From assembly GCA_963721805.1 (NCBI GenBank), contig CAVRJY010000002.1:288001-352000 (forward strand): a stretch of DNA of 64,000 bases, in the 5' to 3' direction. Below, in pieces: positions 1 through 9,924 of the stretch (positions are counted from its first letter, which is position 1; each line of letters starts with the position of its first letter). The DNA comes from Nitrospirota bacterium. Lineage in GTDB: Bacteria > Nitrospirota > Thermodesulfovibrionia > Thermodesulfovibrionales > JdFR-86. The notes under the pieces are model-generated. The model searched no databases and was not told the DNA's origin. It worked only from the letters and a program-made list of their open reading frames with translations. Position numbers and translations under genes: made by a program.

Positions 1-126
1 GAAATCGTCTTCAGACAAGGAACGGCGAGGAAACCGCCCGCAAGTGTACTGGGATGTACTCTGGAGGGCGTGTTTCCGAGCCGTGACGCAGTATCAAGCG
101 ATTTGGCGCGCTTTGGAAAAAGGGAG

Positions 127-2322
127 CTAATACCGCAGAACGCGATATATGCCTTGTATCTGGTTGAGCTTGTGCATCATGGTGCTGAGTTCCGTCCTGT
201 CGTGCACTTCGAGTATGCAGGTGATTCTGGCCTTCCGGTCCTGCCGCGAGGTGACCGCCTCGAGGTGTGTGATGTTGATCCCGGCGGCCGAGACGATGGC
301 GCTGACCTCGGCGAGAATGCCCGGCCGGTCGGTCGTGTCGAGGCGAATGCGGGCGTATGCGTATGTATCCGGGGCGGGGGTCCACTGGACGTCGATCACG
401 CGGGCCTCGTCCACGGCGGTGCTCTGGAAGTTCTGGCAGTCGCGGCGGTGGACGGCCACGCCCTTGCCGCGCGTGATGAACCCGACGAGCTGGTCGCCGG
501 GGATCGGGTAGCAGCACTTCGAGGTGTGGTAGAGCACGCCGTCGATGCCGGTGATGATGATGCCCTTGAGCTCCTTCTCCTTCGCCGGGGGCTTGGGGAG
601 CGCGGCCTCGGCCTCGCGGGCCTGCGGCTCGATGTCCGGCCTGAGTTTTTTGATGACCTGAAGCGGCGTGACCTGGCCGAAGCCTACCGCGGTCAGCAGC
701 TCGTCGGCCGATCCGAGTTTCAGGGCGTGGGCTACGTGTTCCATCTCCGCCCCGTGCGCGAGCGACGGGCTCAGGGAATGCTTGCGGAGGTCCTCCTCCA
801 TCAGGCGGAGGCCGAGCTCGAGGCCCTGCTTGCGCTCCTCGCCCTTGATCCACTGCTTGATGCGCGCCTTGGCGCGCGTCGTGACGACGAACTTCAGCCA
901 GTCGCGGCTGGGCTTGTGGCCCTGCGCGGTCAGGATCTCCACCGTGTTGCCGCTCTCGAGGACGTGGCGCAGCGGGACCATCTTGCCGTTTATGCGCGCG
1001 CCGACGCACTGGTTGCCGACCTGCGTGTGGATGCCGTAGGCGAAGTCCACGGGCGTCGATCCCTGAGGGAGCTCCTTGATGTCGCCCTCGGGGGTGAAGA
1101 CGTAGATCATGTCCGGGAGGACCTCACTCTTGACGGCCTCCATGAACGCTATAGGGTCCTTCTCCTCCATCTGGTGCTGCAGGACGTCTCTGAGCCAGGA
1201 GATGTACTTGTTGTCCTTGTCGCGGAGGCCTCCGGCCTCCTTGTACCGCCAGTGGGCCGCGATGCCCTCCTCGGCTATGGAGTTCATCTCCTCGGTGCGC
1301 ACCTGAAACTCGACGCGTTCGCCTCCGGGGCCTATGACCGTGGTGTGCAGGGACTGGTACATGTTGGCCTTGGGCACGCCGATGTAGTCCTTGAACTTGC
1401 CGGGGATCGGGGTCCAGAGCGAGTGCACCAACCCGATGATCGCGTAGCAGTTGGGGTTCGTGTCGGTGATGATGCGGATGCCGAGGACGTCGTGGACCAT
1501 CTCGAACGGGATGCGCTGGCGCTGCATTTTTTGGTATATGCCGTAGTAGTGCTTGACGCGGCCCATGACCATGCCGGGCAGGACCTCCTCGATCAAACGC
1601 TGCTTGACCGTGGCCACGAGGTCGCGGATGTAGCTCTCCTGCACCTCGCGCCGCTTCTCGACCTTCTCGGCTATCTCCTCGTAGACCTTCGGCATCGCGT
1701 ACTTGAAACTGAGGTCTTCGAGTTCGGTCTTCAGCCAGCCGATGCCGAGGCGGTTGGCGAGCGGGGCGTATATGTCGAGCGTCTCCTGTGCTATTCGTTG
1801 GCGGCGCTCCTCGGAGAGGAACCCCAGCGTGCGCATGTTGTGCAGGCGGTCGGCGAACTTTATGATAACGACGCGGATGTCCTCGGCCATGCTCAGGATC
1901 ATCTTGCGGAAGTACTCGGCCTGCGCGACCTCCTTGCTCTTGAACTCCACGCGGGAGATCTTCGTGAGGCCCTCGACCAGGAACGCGAGCTCGTAGCCGA
2001 AGCGCTTCTTGATGTCCTCGGGTGTGACCGGGGTGTCCTCGACCGTGTCGTGCAGCAGGGCGGCCGCGATCGTGACGACGTCCATCTTCATGTCGGCCAG
2101 GATCGATGCGACCTCCAGCGGGTGGGTCATGTAGGGCTTGCCCTCGCTGCGCTTGGCGAGCCCGTGGGCCTCGCTCGCGAAGTAGTAGGCGCGGCTCAGG
2201 AACTCGGTGTCGGCCCCGGAGTGGTAGGAGCGTACTTTCTTGATAAGGTCGTCGATGCTCCGGACCTTTACGGGCTCGGCCGATGTCTGTCCAGGGATAG
2301 CCGTCAGGGGGATGCCCTCCAT
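127..2322 (-). CDS. relA: Bifunctional (p)ppGpp synthetase/hydrolase (long RSH: HD, SYNTH, TGS, ACT)
   Basis: LLHDTVED HD motif, KFADRLHNMRTL, YQSLHTTV, EFQVRT, AAHWRYK, TGS (VFTPEG..TPVDFAY), C-terminal ACT; ATG at 2322 chosen over upstream TTG. Confidence 0.97.
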   Translation of the reverse strand: MEGIPLTAIPGQTSAEPVKVRSIDDLIKKVRSYHSGADTEFLSRAYYFASEAHGLAKRSEGKPYMTHPLEVASILADMKMDVVTIAAALLHDTVEDTPVTPEDIKKRFGYELAFLVEGLTKISRVEFKSKEVAQAEYFRKMILSMAEDIRVVIIKFADRLHNMRTLGFLSEERRQRIAQETLDIYAPLANRLGIGWLKTELEDLSFKYAMPKVYEEIAEKVEKRREVQESYIRDLVATVKQRLIEEVLPGMVMGRVKHYYGIYQKMQRQRIPFEMVHDVLGIRIITDTNPNCYAIIGLVHSLWTPIPGKFKDYIGVPKANMYQSLHTTVIGPGGERVEFQVRTEEMNSIAEEGIAAHWRYKEAGGLRDKDNKYISWLRDVLQHQMEEKDPIAFMEAVKSEVLPDMIYVFTPEGDIKELPQGSTPVDFAYGIHTQVGNQCVGARINGKMVPLRHVLESGNTVEILTAQGHKPSRDWLKFVVTTRAKARIKQWIKGEERKQGLELGLRLMEEDLRKHSLSPSLAHGAEMEHVAHALKLGSADELLTAVGFGQVTPLQVIKKLRPDIEPQAREAEAALPKPPAKEKELKGIIITGIDGVLYHTSKCCYPIPGDQLVGFITRGKGVAVHRRDCQNFQSTAVDEARVIDVQWTPAPDTYAYARIRLDTTDRPGILAEVSAIVSAAGINITHLEAVTSRQDRKARITCILEVHDRTELSTMMHKLNQIQGIYRVLRY

Positions 2323-2430
2323 CTGTTTATTATAGGCCAACGCATTGGAAATGTGGGGACGCCGGCGGTTTCGCAGCCTATGGCAATGGCGCGGGCGCTG
2401 GGGTATAATCAGATAACAAGGAGGAGCGCC

Positions 2431-3234
2431 ATGTCACTGTCGATCAACACGAATATCCCTTCGGCCGGGAATGCCGCGTCCGAGGCGATGCAGTCGCTGT
2501 TTAAGAAGCTCTCGTCCGGGTCGGGCATCAACTCGGCCGCGGACAACCCGGCCGGGCTCGCGATAGTGCAGGCAATGCGCGCTGACATACTGAGCACGAA
2601 CACGGCGATCAATAACGCGCAGGAAGGCTACGGCATGGCGGAGGTCGCCGGGGGCGCACTTGGGACGATCACCGAGACGCTGACCAGCATGCGCGAGCTT
2701 GCGATGCAGTCGGCCAACGGCACGCTCAGCGCCTCGGATCGCCAGGCCATAAACCAGCAGTTCAGCGAGCTTGCAAGCTCCATCGACGCCACCGCGAACT
2801 CGACCGAGTATAACGGAACGAACCTGCTTGCCAATGGCTCGCAGACGACGCTTCAAGTCGGGACTGGAAGCTCGGCCCAGAGCCAGATGACCATCAATAT
2901 AGCGGCCTCCGGCACCGCGGCCCTCGGCGTCGCCGGGGACGTTTCCACGCAGGGCGCGGCGCAAAAGATGCTCGATATCATAGACGAGGCGATAGGGAAA
3001 GTCAGCGCGAACAACGCCAGCATCGGGGCCGCCCAGAACACGTTAAGCTCCACGCTTGCGGGCCTTGCGTCGTCATATACCAACGAGCAGGCCTCGGTGA
3101 GCGCGATAGGGGATACGGACTACGCGGCCGCGACCGCCGAGCTGGTCAAAAACAGCCTCATGCAGCAGGTTAACGTTGCGGTGCAGGCTCAGGCCAACGT
3201 CCTGCCCGAGCAGGCGCTCAAGCTCTTGCAGTAA
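2431..3234 (+). CDS. fliC: Short flagellin (267 aa, conserved termini only)
   Basis: AGGAGG RBS; SINTN..LSSG.GINSAADNPAGLAI, MRELAMQSANGT, IGAAQN, DTDYA, QANVLPEQALKLLQ. Confidence 0.9.
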   Translation: MSLSINTNIPSAGNAASEAMQSLFKKLSSGSGINSAADNPAGLAIVQAMRADILSTNTAINNAQEGYGMAEVAGGALGTITETLTSMRELAMQSANGTLSASDRQAINQQFSELASSIDATANSTEYNGTNLLANGSQTTLQVGTGSSAQSQMTINIAASGTAALGVAGDVSTQGAAQKMLDIIDEAIGKVSANNASIGAAQNTLSSTLAGLASSYTNEQASVSAIGDTDYAAATAELVKNSLMQQVNVAVQAQANVLPEQALKLLQ

Positions 3235-5815
3235 GCTCCGCGACCTTGCGCTGTACGAGGTCGGCGTACCGCTGGTAGGCACCGTCCATATCCGGTTCGG
3301 CCGCGGGCGGCGGGACCGGATCCCCGATTGTCACGGTTATGCGGCCATGAAGCGCGGGCCATGCCTTATGCCGCGGCCATGCCTCGTATGTCCCGGTGAT
3401 CCGGATCGGCACGACCGGGACGTTTAACCTGTGGCTGAGGATGCCGATGCCCTTCCTGAAGCGCATAATCCTGCCGTCGAACGAGCGTCCGCCCTCCGGG
3501 AATATGAACAGCCCCTGGCCCCGGCGCAGAACGAACGCCGAGGCCTGAAGCGCAGCGCCGAGCGCGCTGTCCGGGTCTATCGGGATGATGTGTCCGAGCC
3601 TCGCGCCGAACGCCCCGAGCCCGGCCTCGAAGTACTTGCTGTCGCCCTGCATGTACATCTCGCGAAACGCCGCGAGTGGCAGCGCCGCGCCGATGACGAA
3701 CCCGTCATAGTAGCTCGAGTGGTTCGCCACGGCTATGAACGGCATCCGGGGCAGGCTGCCGCGAACTTTAAGACCGTATAGCAGCCTGAAGTAGACCTTC
3801 AGACCCGCGAGCACCGGCACCGCGATCAGCGCCCATGCGAGCGCGCCGCGGTCAACGCCGGAGGCGTGCTTGATATCATCGGAGGGTTCGCGGTTCAGTA
3901 TGGTATCGAGCGCGTCAGAGCGCGGCTCCCTTGACGTGGCAGCCGCACCGCCGCTGACGATCAGGCGGATGCGGTCCAGCAGCTCGCTCACGGTATGGAT
4001 CTCGGCCATCATCCCCTCGGGCAGCGATATCCCGAAGGCCGACTCTATGGATACCGCGAGCTCCACGCGCTTGAGCGAATCGATGCCGAGGTCGAGCTCA
4101 AGGTTGTCCGAAGGCCGCACGGAGACGCCGTCCTCGATGAATGACTTGATGCAGCCCAGAAGCAGCCTGCCTTGCGGATCATTGAGCAGCGCGGTCTCGC
4201 CCTCGGCCTCATGCCGCCGCTCGACGGCCTCGGGCTTGATCATGAACCGCCGGAGCTTGCCGAGCGGGGTGCGCGGAAGCGGAGTGGTCGAGACCGAGAA
4301 CCCCATCACGCGCATATGGGGCGGCAGCCCGGAGGAGTGCTGCGTGATCTGCCATTTGATCGCCTCGCTCACGTTGCCGATTTTCTCGGCCTTGGCGTAC
4401 TCCATATCAGGTACTACCACCGCGTGGAGCCTGCCGGCGTGCTGCATCACGCAGAGCTCCTTTATGAGTGGGATCTTCAGGTAATGCGCCTCGACCTCCT
4501 CGGGGTATACGTTTTTGCCCGAGCCAAGGACGATGACCTCCTTGAGCCTCCCGGTGATGAAGACGTATCCTTCCGGGTCGACGTACCCCAGGTCGCCGCT
4601 TCTGAACCATCCGTCTTTGAGGACTTTAGCGGTATCGATAGGCCGCTTGTAGTAGCCGGCCATGACCATCGGCCCCTTGATCGCGATCTCGCCCTCGCCG
4701 CTTTCTGAGGGTTCGAGGACCATTATCTCCGCACCCGGAAGCGCGATGCCTACGGAGCCCGGCTTCCTGCGCCGGGGTGGCGTGAAGCAGACGATAGGGG
4801 AGGTCTCGGTCAGGCCGTAGCCCTCCAGCACGGTGAAGCCTAGCGATTCAAGCGAGGCCATCACCGAGGGGTCGAGCCTCGCGCCGCCCGAGGCGAGGAA
4901 CCTGAACTGCCCTCCGAGCGGACTGAGTATCATAGCCATCAGGTTCAGCCCGCTGGCCTTGCGGATGATTGAGGCGGCGCTTATAAATCCCCGCATCGCG
5001 CGGCTCAGGACGTATGGGAGCGCCCCGATTTTTTCGATCAGCCTTTTATTCAGGAGCTCCAGGAGCAGGGGCACTGCGACGAGCACCGTGCCGCCGGTCT
5101 CCTTAGAGGCCGCGACGATCTCCGGCCCCTTAAGCCCGGCGGGGTAAGTTATACGCGCCCCGAGCAGGGCGGGCAGGACGAACGTGCCCATGAACGCATA
5201 GGTGTGGTGCAGCGGCAGGACCGCGAGAATGTTGTCAGCCGATGATACGATATCGAGCCCGGCCACCGCGCGCGCGTCAGAGAGCAGGTTGCCGTGCGTG
5301 AGCATCACGCCCTTCGGAGCGCCCGTGGTGCCGGAGGTATAGAGGATCGCGGCGAGGTCGTCAGGGCCTTTCGTAATCTCTGTGAGATCCGAAGGCGCGT
5401 CCCAGTCCATCGCGTCCATATCGAGCACCCGAATGCCGCCGTCAAGCTTGGAGACGGCCTCTCTGACCACAGGGAGCGCGTCGCCCGAGGTCACGACTAT
5501 GCGCGCGGAGGAGTCCTCGATGATGTTCCGGATCTCGGGCGCTGTGAGGCGCGCGTCCATCGGCACGAGTATCGAGCCAAGCATGAGCGCGCCCCAGTAC
5601 GACGCCAGCCACTCCGGGCGGTTCGGCGCGATGAGCGCCACGCGCGTACCCTCCGCAGCCCCGGCATCCGCGAGCGACCGTGCGGCCGCCCGCGCCATGT
5701 CATGGAACTCGCGGTAGGTGATCGAGCGCCACTGCCCGCCTCTTATGTGGTTGATCGTGATGCGGTTGGAATTCAGGAGTGCGGCCTCTCTAAGGGCCGC
5801 GTGCAGCGAGTTCAC
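3218..5815 (-). CDS. Long-chain acyl-CoA/ACP synthetase fused to acyl carrier and PlsC-type acyltransferase domains (Aas-like)
   Basis: YTSGTTGAPKG AMP-binding loop, GYGLTE, SGDLG; ACP motif LGIDSL; NHSSYYD and FPEGGRS PlsC motifs; GTG start overlaps upstream TGA. Confidence 0.92.
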   Translation of the reverse strand: MNSLHAALREAALLNSNRITINHIRGGQWRSITYREFHDMARAAARSLADAGAAEGTRVALIAPNRPEWLASYWGALMLGSILVPMDARLTAPEIRNIIEDSSARIVVTSGDALPVVREAVSKLDGGIRVLDMDAMDWDAPSDLTEITKGPDDLAAILYTSGTTGAPKGVMLTHGNLLSDARAVAGLDIVSSADNILAVLPLHHTYAFMGTFVLPALLGARITYPAGLKGPEIVAASKETGGTVLVAVPLLLELLNKRLIEKIGALPYVLSRAMRGFISAASIIRKASGLNLMAMILSPLGGQFRFLASGGARLDPSVMASLESLGFTVLEGYGLTETSPIVCFTPPRRRKPGSVGIALPGAEIMVLEPSESGEGEIAIKGPMVMAGYYKRPIDTAKVLKDGWFRSGDLGYVDPEGYVFITGRLKEVIVLGSGKNVYPEEVEAHYLKIPLIKELCVMQHAGRLHAVVVPDMEYAKAEKIGNVSEAIKWQITQHSSGLPPHMRVMGFSVSTTPLPRTPLGKLRRFMIKPEAVERRHEAEGETALLNDPQGRLLLGCIKSFIEDGVSVRPSDNLELDLGIDSLKRVELAVSIESAFGISLPEGMMAEIHTVSELLDRIRLIVSGGAAATSREPRSDALDTILNREPSDDIKHASGVDRGALAWALIAVPVLAGLKVYFRLLYGLKVRGSLPRMPFIAVANHSSYYDGFVIGAALPLAAFREMYMQGDSKYFEAGLGAFGARLGHIIPIDPDSALGAALQASAFVLRRGQGLFIFPEGGRSFDGRIMRFRKGIGILSHRLNVPVVPIRITGTYEAWPRHKAWPALHGRITVTIGDPVPPPAAEPDMDGAYQRYADLVQRKVAELTARA

Positions 5816-6594
5816 CTGTGAAGAATCCCGAGCGCCTTGTGGTGCAGTGCGGTGTTTGCCGCGGCGAGCACCGAGACGCTGCGCTCGAGCCCGAGCGCGA
5901 CATGTCCGATATCCCGGCCCCCGGCATCCGTGACGATCCCGCCGGCCTCGCGTATTATCAGCCACCCGGCAGCGAAATCCACGCTCCGCGATTTCATGGG
6001 AGTGACGAAGACGCTCACCGTGCCGGAGGCGACATAGGCCAGGTCGAGCGCCAGCGCGCCGAGGCAGCGTGTGCGCCGGGCCGCGCTCAGAAGCGGCGAG
6101 ATCAGCGGCAGGTCGCGGGCCGGGCTTTGGGTCTCGTATGCCGCGAGCCTGAGCGTGTCGTCCTGCTGCATGACACACCTCTCATCGCCCTGATACGCAA
6201 CGCCCGCGCCTTTGGTTGCGTGGAACTCATCGCCGGACACGATATTGAGCACGTATGCGTATTGTATGTCGTCAAGCGTGGGGCCGTTTGCGATGGCTAT
6301 CGATGTGCCGTAGTAGGGCAGGCCCGAGAGCGCGTTTTTGCTCCCGTCTATCGGGTCTACGAGCGCGATCATCCCGCCGCCGTTAAGCTGCACGGTGCCG
6401 GCCTCTTCCGAGATGACCGTGATCGGCACACCGGAAGCGCGCAGCCCTTCGATGATGATCCCCTCGGCCCTGCGGTCGACCTCGAACGTGATGTCCCCGC
6501 CCGCGCCCCGGGCCGTGCCTTCGGTCACGCGCGTGTCCATGCCCCTTATTGATTGAAGCAGACTGTGGCCTATGCCCCTTAGTATGTCGATCAT
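5812..6594 (-). CDS. Inositol monophosphatase / fructose-1,6-bisphosphatase family protein
   Basis: SEE and VDPIDGS motifs, D-F-AAG-W-IIREAGG. Confidence 0.92.
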   Translation of the reverse strand: MIDILRGIGHSLLQSIRGMDTRVTEGTARGAGGDITFEVDRRAEGIIIEGLRASGVPITVISEEAGTVQLNGGGMIALVDPIDGSKNALSGLPYYGTSIAIANGPTLDDIQYAYVLNIVSGDEFHATKGAGVAYQGDERCVMQQDDTLRLAAYETQSPARDLPLISPLLSAARRTRCLGALALDLAYVASGTVSVFVTPMKSRSVDFAAGWLIIREAGGIVTDAGGRDIGHVALGLERSVSVLAAANTALHHKALGILHR

Positions 6595-6656
6595 ATGCCT
6601 GATATTGTACGCGATAATTTGGGTTGACACCAGCGGGACGAGGCATGTTAGGGTAG

Positions 6657-7154
6657 ATGATGAAATTTATGGCTGTCGCCCTGGCATTGTTCGTAATGAC
6701 CGTGCTATCGGGGTGCGAGCACGCCAAGCCGCCGCTGAAGATCGGCGACCCCCTGCCTGCCCTCACGCTGCCCTCAATAGACGGTTTTCAGATGGAGCTC
6801 CCTGCCGCGATCAAGGGCAAGGTAACGGTGATCCTATTTTGGGAGGAGGGCTGCCGCTACTGCGAGCGCGGGATGCCTGACATCGTCTCGGTCTATGACA
6901 AGCTCAAGGACAAGGGGTTTCAGTTCGTAGCCATTCAGATCGGCGGGAGCCCTGGAGCGTCCGAGGAGTTCAAGAAGAGGTTCGGGATAACTTTCCCGAT
7001 GCTGCACGACCCGAAATCCGCTATAATCGATCTATACGGGATCGCCGGCGTGCCGACGATGTTCCTGGTCGATAAGGCCGGGATCGTGCAGGAGAAGATA
7101 CTCGGGGGGCTCGACGGCCCCGGTATAGAGGAACTGGTCAAGCCGAGGCTCTGA
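6657..7154 (+). CDS. TlpA/ResA-like thioredoxin-fold lipoprotein
   Basis: Lipobox LSGC, FWEEGCRYC CxxC, GVPTMFLVD. Confidence 0.9.
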   Translation: MMKFMAVALALFVMTVLSGCEHAKPPLKIGDPLPALTLPSIDGFQMELPAAIKGKVTVILFWEEGCRYCERGMPDIVSVYDKLKDKGFQFVAIQIGGSPGASEEFKKRFGITFPMLHDPKSAIIDLYGIAGVPTMFLVDKAGIVQEKILGGLDGPGIEELVKPRL

Positions 7155-7182
7155 GGGCCGCAACCGCAAGGAGCGTTCAACG

Positions 7183-7650
7183 ATGAAGAAATGCCTTGTA
7201 GCCGTCTGCCTGCTGATCGCGTTTTCAGCGTCCGCGGCGTTGGGGGCCGAGATCAAGCCGTCTAAAAAAGATAAGTGCCCTGTCTGCGGGATGCTCGTCT
7301 ATATGTACCCTGACTGGGCCTCGAAGATCGCGTTCAAGGATGGCGCGACAGTATATTTCGACGGGCCGAAGGACATGATGCGCTATTATCTGGATATGGC
7401 GAAGTACGCCAAGGGGCGCTCCGGGGCCGACGTCGCCGAGATGCTCGTCACAGAGTACTACGACCTCACGCCGGTTGACGCCAGGAGCGCGTGGTTCGTG
7501 GCCGGAAGCGACGTCATGGGCCCGATGGGCCCGGAGCTCGTGCCGTTTAAGACCGAGGCCCAGGCCGCTGACTTCAAGCGCGACCACAAAGGCAGGGCGA
7601 TATATAAATTCAGCGACGTCACCTCTGCGGTGATGAAGGACGTTCAATAG
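7183..7650 (+). CDS. nosL: NosL-family copper chaperone-like exported protein
   Basis: Signal peptide, CPVCGM, FDGPKDM, GSDVMGPMG. Confidence 0.88.
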   Translation: MKKCLVAVCLLIAFSASAALGAEIKPSKKDKCPVCGMLVYMYPDWASKIAFKDGATVYFDGPKDMMRYYLDMAKYAKGRSGADVAEMLVTEYYDLTPVDARSAWFVAGSDVMGPMGPELVPFKTEAQAADFKRDHKGRAIYKFSDVTSAVMKDVQ

Positions 7651-7652
7651 CA

Positions 7653-7961
7653 TTGCGCAAGTCCGGCGTCTTCACCGCATGGGTCGCGGCGTGCGCCCTC
7701 CTTTGGGCCGCGCTATATGCGCACTCGCTCGCAACGCGGGCTGACGGCATCAGGCGGCTCGCGCTGATGGAGCGGCAGGTCGAGGCCTACGGCCTGACCG
7801 ACCTGTGCATCTTCACCGAGGCCCGGTACACGCGCAACCCGGCGGTCGCGGATTTCTGGACCGCGTTTCAGGACCACCCGGCATCGCTTGAGCACTTTCC
7901 CTCCGGCTCGCTGATGGAGCCGCCTCCGCATCTTCTGCACAGGGGGCGAAATGAGCGATGA
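7653..7961 (+). CDS. Small membrane-anchored hypothetical protein in NosL/ABC operon
   Basis: N-terminal hydrophobic helix, tight coupling to both neighbours, host-like codon use. Confidence 0.75.
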   Translation: MRKSGVFTAWVAACALLWAALYAHSLATRADGIRRLALMERQVEAYGLTDLCIFTEARYTRNPAVADFWTAFQDHPASLEHFPSGSLMEPPPHLLHRGRNER

Positions 7962-9171
7962 GCGGACTGAAATTAATATGAGCGATGAGCGGTCTGAAAT
8001 TAAAAAAAACGATGAGCGGTCTGAGATTAACGCGCGCGGTGAGATCGAGCGCCACCGCCACATACTCGACTTCGCGCTTTCGTCGATCTTAAGGCGCAAG
8101 GGCCGCAACGCCGCGCTGCTCGTCGTATACGCGGGCGTGATATTCCTTTTGGCCTCTGCGGTGTTCTTCACGGACGCGATCAGGCGCGAGGCGGCCGCGG
8201 TGCTTCAGGGCTCGCCCGAGCTGCTGGTGCAGCGGCTCGAGGCCGGACGCCACGCCCTGATCCCGGCCTCATACGCCGACACTATCCGCTCGATCCGCGG
8301 CGTAAGCTCTGTCACGCCGCGGCTCTGGGGGTATTACTTCGACCCCGTGGCGGGCGCAAACTATACCGTGGTCGTACCTGCCTCGTTCCCGCACCCGGCC
8401 GGCGAGATCGTCATAGGCTCGGGCCTCGCCCGCGTCAGGCGCGCCGAGCCCGGAGACCTCACCTACATCCGCACGTACGACGGCAAGATGCTCAGGCTCA
8501 AGGTCGCCGGGATACTGAGTTCCGATTCCGAGCTCGTATCGGCCGACATGATCCTGATGGGCGAGGCGGACTTCCGCGCCCTGTTCGGCACGCCGGAGGG
8601 CATGGCCACGGACCTCGCGGTTCTGGCCAGAAACCCGGCCGAGCACGCCACAATCGCCGGGAAGATCAGCGACCTGCTCCCGGATGCGAGGCCGATCCTG
8701 CGCTCCGAGATCCTGCGCACGTACCAAAGCGTCTTCGACTGGCGCGGCGGCGTGATGCTCGCACTGCTGGCCGGGGCGGTACTGGCGTTCATCATATTCG
8801 CGTGGGACCGCGCGGCCGGGCTCAGCGCCGAGGAGCGGCGCGAGATCGGCATACTCAAGGCCATCGGCTGGGAAACCTCCGACGTCCTGCTCCTGAAGTT
8901 CTGGGAGGGAACGGTAATATCCCTTAGCGCGTTTCTGGTCGGAGGGGCGCTGGCATACGTGCACGTCTTCATGGGCTCGGCCTCGCTGTTCGCCCCGGTG
9001 CTCAAGGGCTGGAGCGTGCTGTACCCCGAGTTCAGGCTCGTGCCCCAGATGAACTTCTCGGAGATCGGGACGCTGTTTTTCCTCACGGTCGTGCCGTATA
9101 CCGTCGCGACGGTCGTGCCGTCGTGGAGGGCCGCTACGGTCGACCCCGACTCGGTGATGAGATCGCAATGA
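7951..9171 (+). CDS. FtsX/MacB/LolE-like ABC transporter permease
   Basis: ERREIGILKAIGW motif, PSWRAATVDP C-terminus, one N-terminal and several C-terminal TM helices. Confidence 0.92.
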   Translation: MSDERTEINMSDERSEIKKNDERSEINARGEIERHRHILDFALSSILRRKGRNAALLVVYAGVIFLLASAVFFTDAIRREAAAVLQGSPELLVQRLEAGRHALIPASYADTIRSIRGVSSVTPRLWGYYFDPVAGANYTVVVPASFPHPAGEIVIGSGLARVRRAEPGDLTYIRTYDGKMLRLKVAGILSSDSELVSADMILMGEADFRALFGTPEGMATDLAVLARNPAEHATIAGKISDLLPDARPILRSEILRTYQSVFDWRGGVMLALLAGAVLAFIIFAWDRAAGLSAEERREIGILKAIGWETSDVLLLKFWEGTVISLSAFLVGGALAYVHVFMGSASLFAPVLKGWSVLYPEFRLVPQMNFSEIGTLFFLTVVPYTVATVVPSWRAATVDPDSVMRSQ

Positions 9172-9252
9172 TAGAGCTCGACGGCATAATGATATTCGAA
9201 ACAAATTCTCGCTGTGCTCGAATTTGTTTCGGGATAGGGAACATTTAAATTA

Positions 9253-9924
9253 GTGATTGAACTAGAAGGCATAAGGAAGGTCTTCAATGCCGGGAGGCCA
9301 AACGAGTTCGAGGCCCTGCGCGGCATCACGATGAGGCTTCCATTAGGCGGCGTGACCGTGATCAAGGGGCCGTCCGGCTCGGGCAAGACCACGCTGCTGG
9401 CGGTGCTCGGCTGCATGATGCGCCCGACAGAGGGCCGAGTGCACCTAAACGGCCGCGAGATTACCAGCCTCCCCGAGCGGTTCCTGACCGGGATCAGGCG
9501 CGAGACGTTCGGGTTCGTCTTCCAGCAGTTTCACCTCATGCGCGGCATCACCGCGATAGAGAACGCGATGCTCCCGCTTTACCCCACCGGGCTTTCGCAC
9601 GCAGAGGTCCGCGCGCGCGCAACGGGGCTTTTTAAGATGCTGCACATCGAGGCCAAGGCCTACTCGGACTCCGCATGGCTCTCGGGCGGCGAGGCCCAGC
9701 GCGTGGCCATAGCGCGCGCCCTGATCAACAACCCCTCGGTCCTGATCGCTGACGAGCCTACCGCCCACCTCGACACCGCGCTGTCGCAGGAATGCATCTC
9801 GATATTCGGCGACCTCAAGTCCACCGGCAAGACGATCATCATCTCCAGCCACGACCCCGTGGTCTTCGACTCCCCGATGGTCGACCGCGTCATAGAGGTC
9901 CGCGACGGCAGGCTGATCGAATGA
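9253..9924 (+). CDS. ABC transporter ATP-binding protein (LolD/MacB-like)
   Basis: GPSGSGKT, LSGGEAQRVAIARAL, ADEPTAHLD. Confidence 0.95.
   Translation: MIELEGIRKVFNAGRPNEFEALRGITMRLPLGGVTVIKGPSGSGKTTLLAVLGCMMRPTEGRVHLNGREITSLPERFLTGIRRETFGFVFQQFHLMRGITAIENAMLPLYPTGLSHAEVRARATGLFKMLHIEAKAYSDSAWLSGGEAQRVAIARALINNPSVLIADEPTAHLDTALSQECISIFGDLKSTGKTIIISSHDPVVFDSPMVDRVIEVRDGRLIE

Noticed and set aside
70..2430. 1054-aa plus-strand ORF that appears to fuse a long N-terminus to flagellin
   Set aside because: It is the antisense shadow of rel in high-GC DNA; flagellin has its own RBS and ATG at 2431.
5816..6178. N-terminal extension of the 986-aa ORF
   Set aside because: Overlaps the IMPase gene in another frame; the GTG at 5815 coupled to the IMPase stop is the plausible start.
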